DNA of 63,812 nt, counting the filler, from Pirum gemmata (lineage: Eukaryota): NCBI GenBank assembly GCA_002812295.1. It is 30 parts of 30 records of this genome, joined end to end, with 100 filler letters (N's around TTAATTAATTAA, not from the genome) between each part and the next. Parts side by side here need not be neighbours in the genome. Positions count along the whole stretch, not along the records: positions 62,248 to 63,812 come from PDIN01010712.1; 29 more parts are not named here. One strand, given 5' to 3'. Below the pieces are notes generated by a model that saw only the letters and a program-made list of their open reading frames with translations, did not search any database and was not told the origin of the DNA. Shown in pieces: positions 62,958 to 63,812 of the stretch. Within the stretch, counting starts at the first letter, position 1; each line of letters starts with the position of its first letter. The translations under genes were made by a program, and so were the position numbers.

Positions 62958-63812
62958 TAATTTGAGAAGTATTTGAGACTTATTTGAGGAGCTATTTGAG
63001 AGTTATTTGAGAGTTATTTGAGGTCTGTCAATCAAGTTCACAGAACTTCACACTGTGTCAAGCATTTCAATTAAAAAAATTTTCAACCTCTAATTAACTA
63101 ACTTCAACCAATTTTTTCTTTTTGTAGACCTCTCACTGGAGAGGTGCGGAAAAATTACGTAGTCCGCAAAACCCTACAAAGAACACTATCATAGCTAGCT
63201 AGCTAGCTAGCTAGCGTAGATGAACCTGATACTATGATATCATCTGATATCATCTGATATCATAGTAGTCTCTAGTAGCTAGCTAGCTATCGATAGTACT
63301 ATCATATTTAATTATTAATTAAACTATCACGATACTACTATGATGTGATACTAACTACTAGCTAGCTACTAGATGAACAGAGCTGGACAGAGGCCAGAAC
63401 AGGTCGCTACGTAATATACGCTAGCGTAATATACATATGTAGTACCTATCATTTTTACTACGGAATGTCGTTGTTCTTGAAAACCCCTATCGGTATCAAA
63501 AAGACATAACTACAAAATAAATATTCAGAGTGACAAAATAAATGAAATGCATAAAACTATGATAGTTTTGATAAAAACGGCTATATATTATATGATACAA
63601 AGATAAAACAAAAATAATGGATATCTGGTAGACTAGCTAGCTGTAGTAGGTGCTAAAACTATGATACTGCACTCGACATGTACATTCTAGCTAGCTAGCT
63701 AGCTAGCTATGATACTAACCATGTATCAATACACTGTGTTGTACAATCTCAAGCTAGTTAGTAGTCTATGGCTATGAATCGATGATAGTCTAGAGTAGAT
63801 AGACCCTACCAG

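Noticed and set aside
1..63812. Gene-sized nanochromosomes (ciliate-like), suggested by ~2-kb pieces with telomeric repeats
   Set aside because: Arrays are mostly internal, degenerate, intronic and in both orientations; most pieces hold gene fragments; uniform size reflects length-sorted contigs; TAA is used as stop.

Overview
This is eukaryotic, very AT-rich genomic DNA, and it is not one locus. About 30 unrelated ~1.6-1.9 kb contigs are joined by 29 artificial 100-nt linkers (44 N + TTAATTAATTAA + 44 N), so no adjacency across a linker is biological. The standard genetic code (TAA stops) and GT-AG introns are used. Introns and intergenic DNA are full of microsatellites and interstitial (TTAGGG)n/(CCCTAA)n tracts and their variants. 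The source is probably a protist; a unicellular holozoan is plausible, but this cannot be established from the window. Recognisable gene pieces are FAN1 (VRR-NUC region), a DEP-domain protein, an ABM/LsrG-like protein, an ABCC/MRP transporter, a nucleotidyltransferase, a FEX/Fluc fluoride exporter, a C2H2 protein, a reprolysin-like protease with Cys-rich exon modules, a DJ-1/PfpI protein, NFRKB, an acyl-CoA synthetase, a GPI-anchored protein and a TOM1/THH1-like membrane protein. Several MITE families (TA- and TAA-flanked) recur across contigs. Highlights: (1) much 'junk' DNA parses as chains of TA-(2-4 nt)-TA words that look like accumulated DNA-transposon excision footprints, with direct empty-versus-filled comparisons; (2) a telomeric tract sits inside a MITE with a ~23-bp flanking duplication; (3) frameshifted, intronless RNR-R2 and A18-like helicase fragments suggest decayed giant-virus DNA; (4) a secreted protease tail carries an SLRLRF-G-RR (sNPF-like RFamide) motif. 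Most short ORFs in the supplied track are translations of simple repeats.
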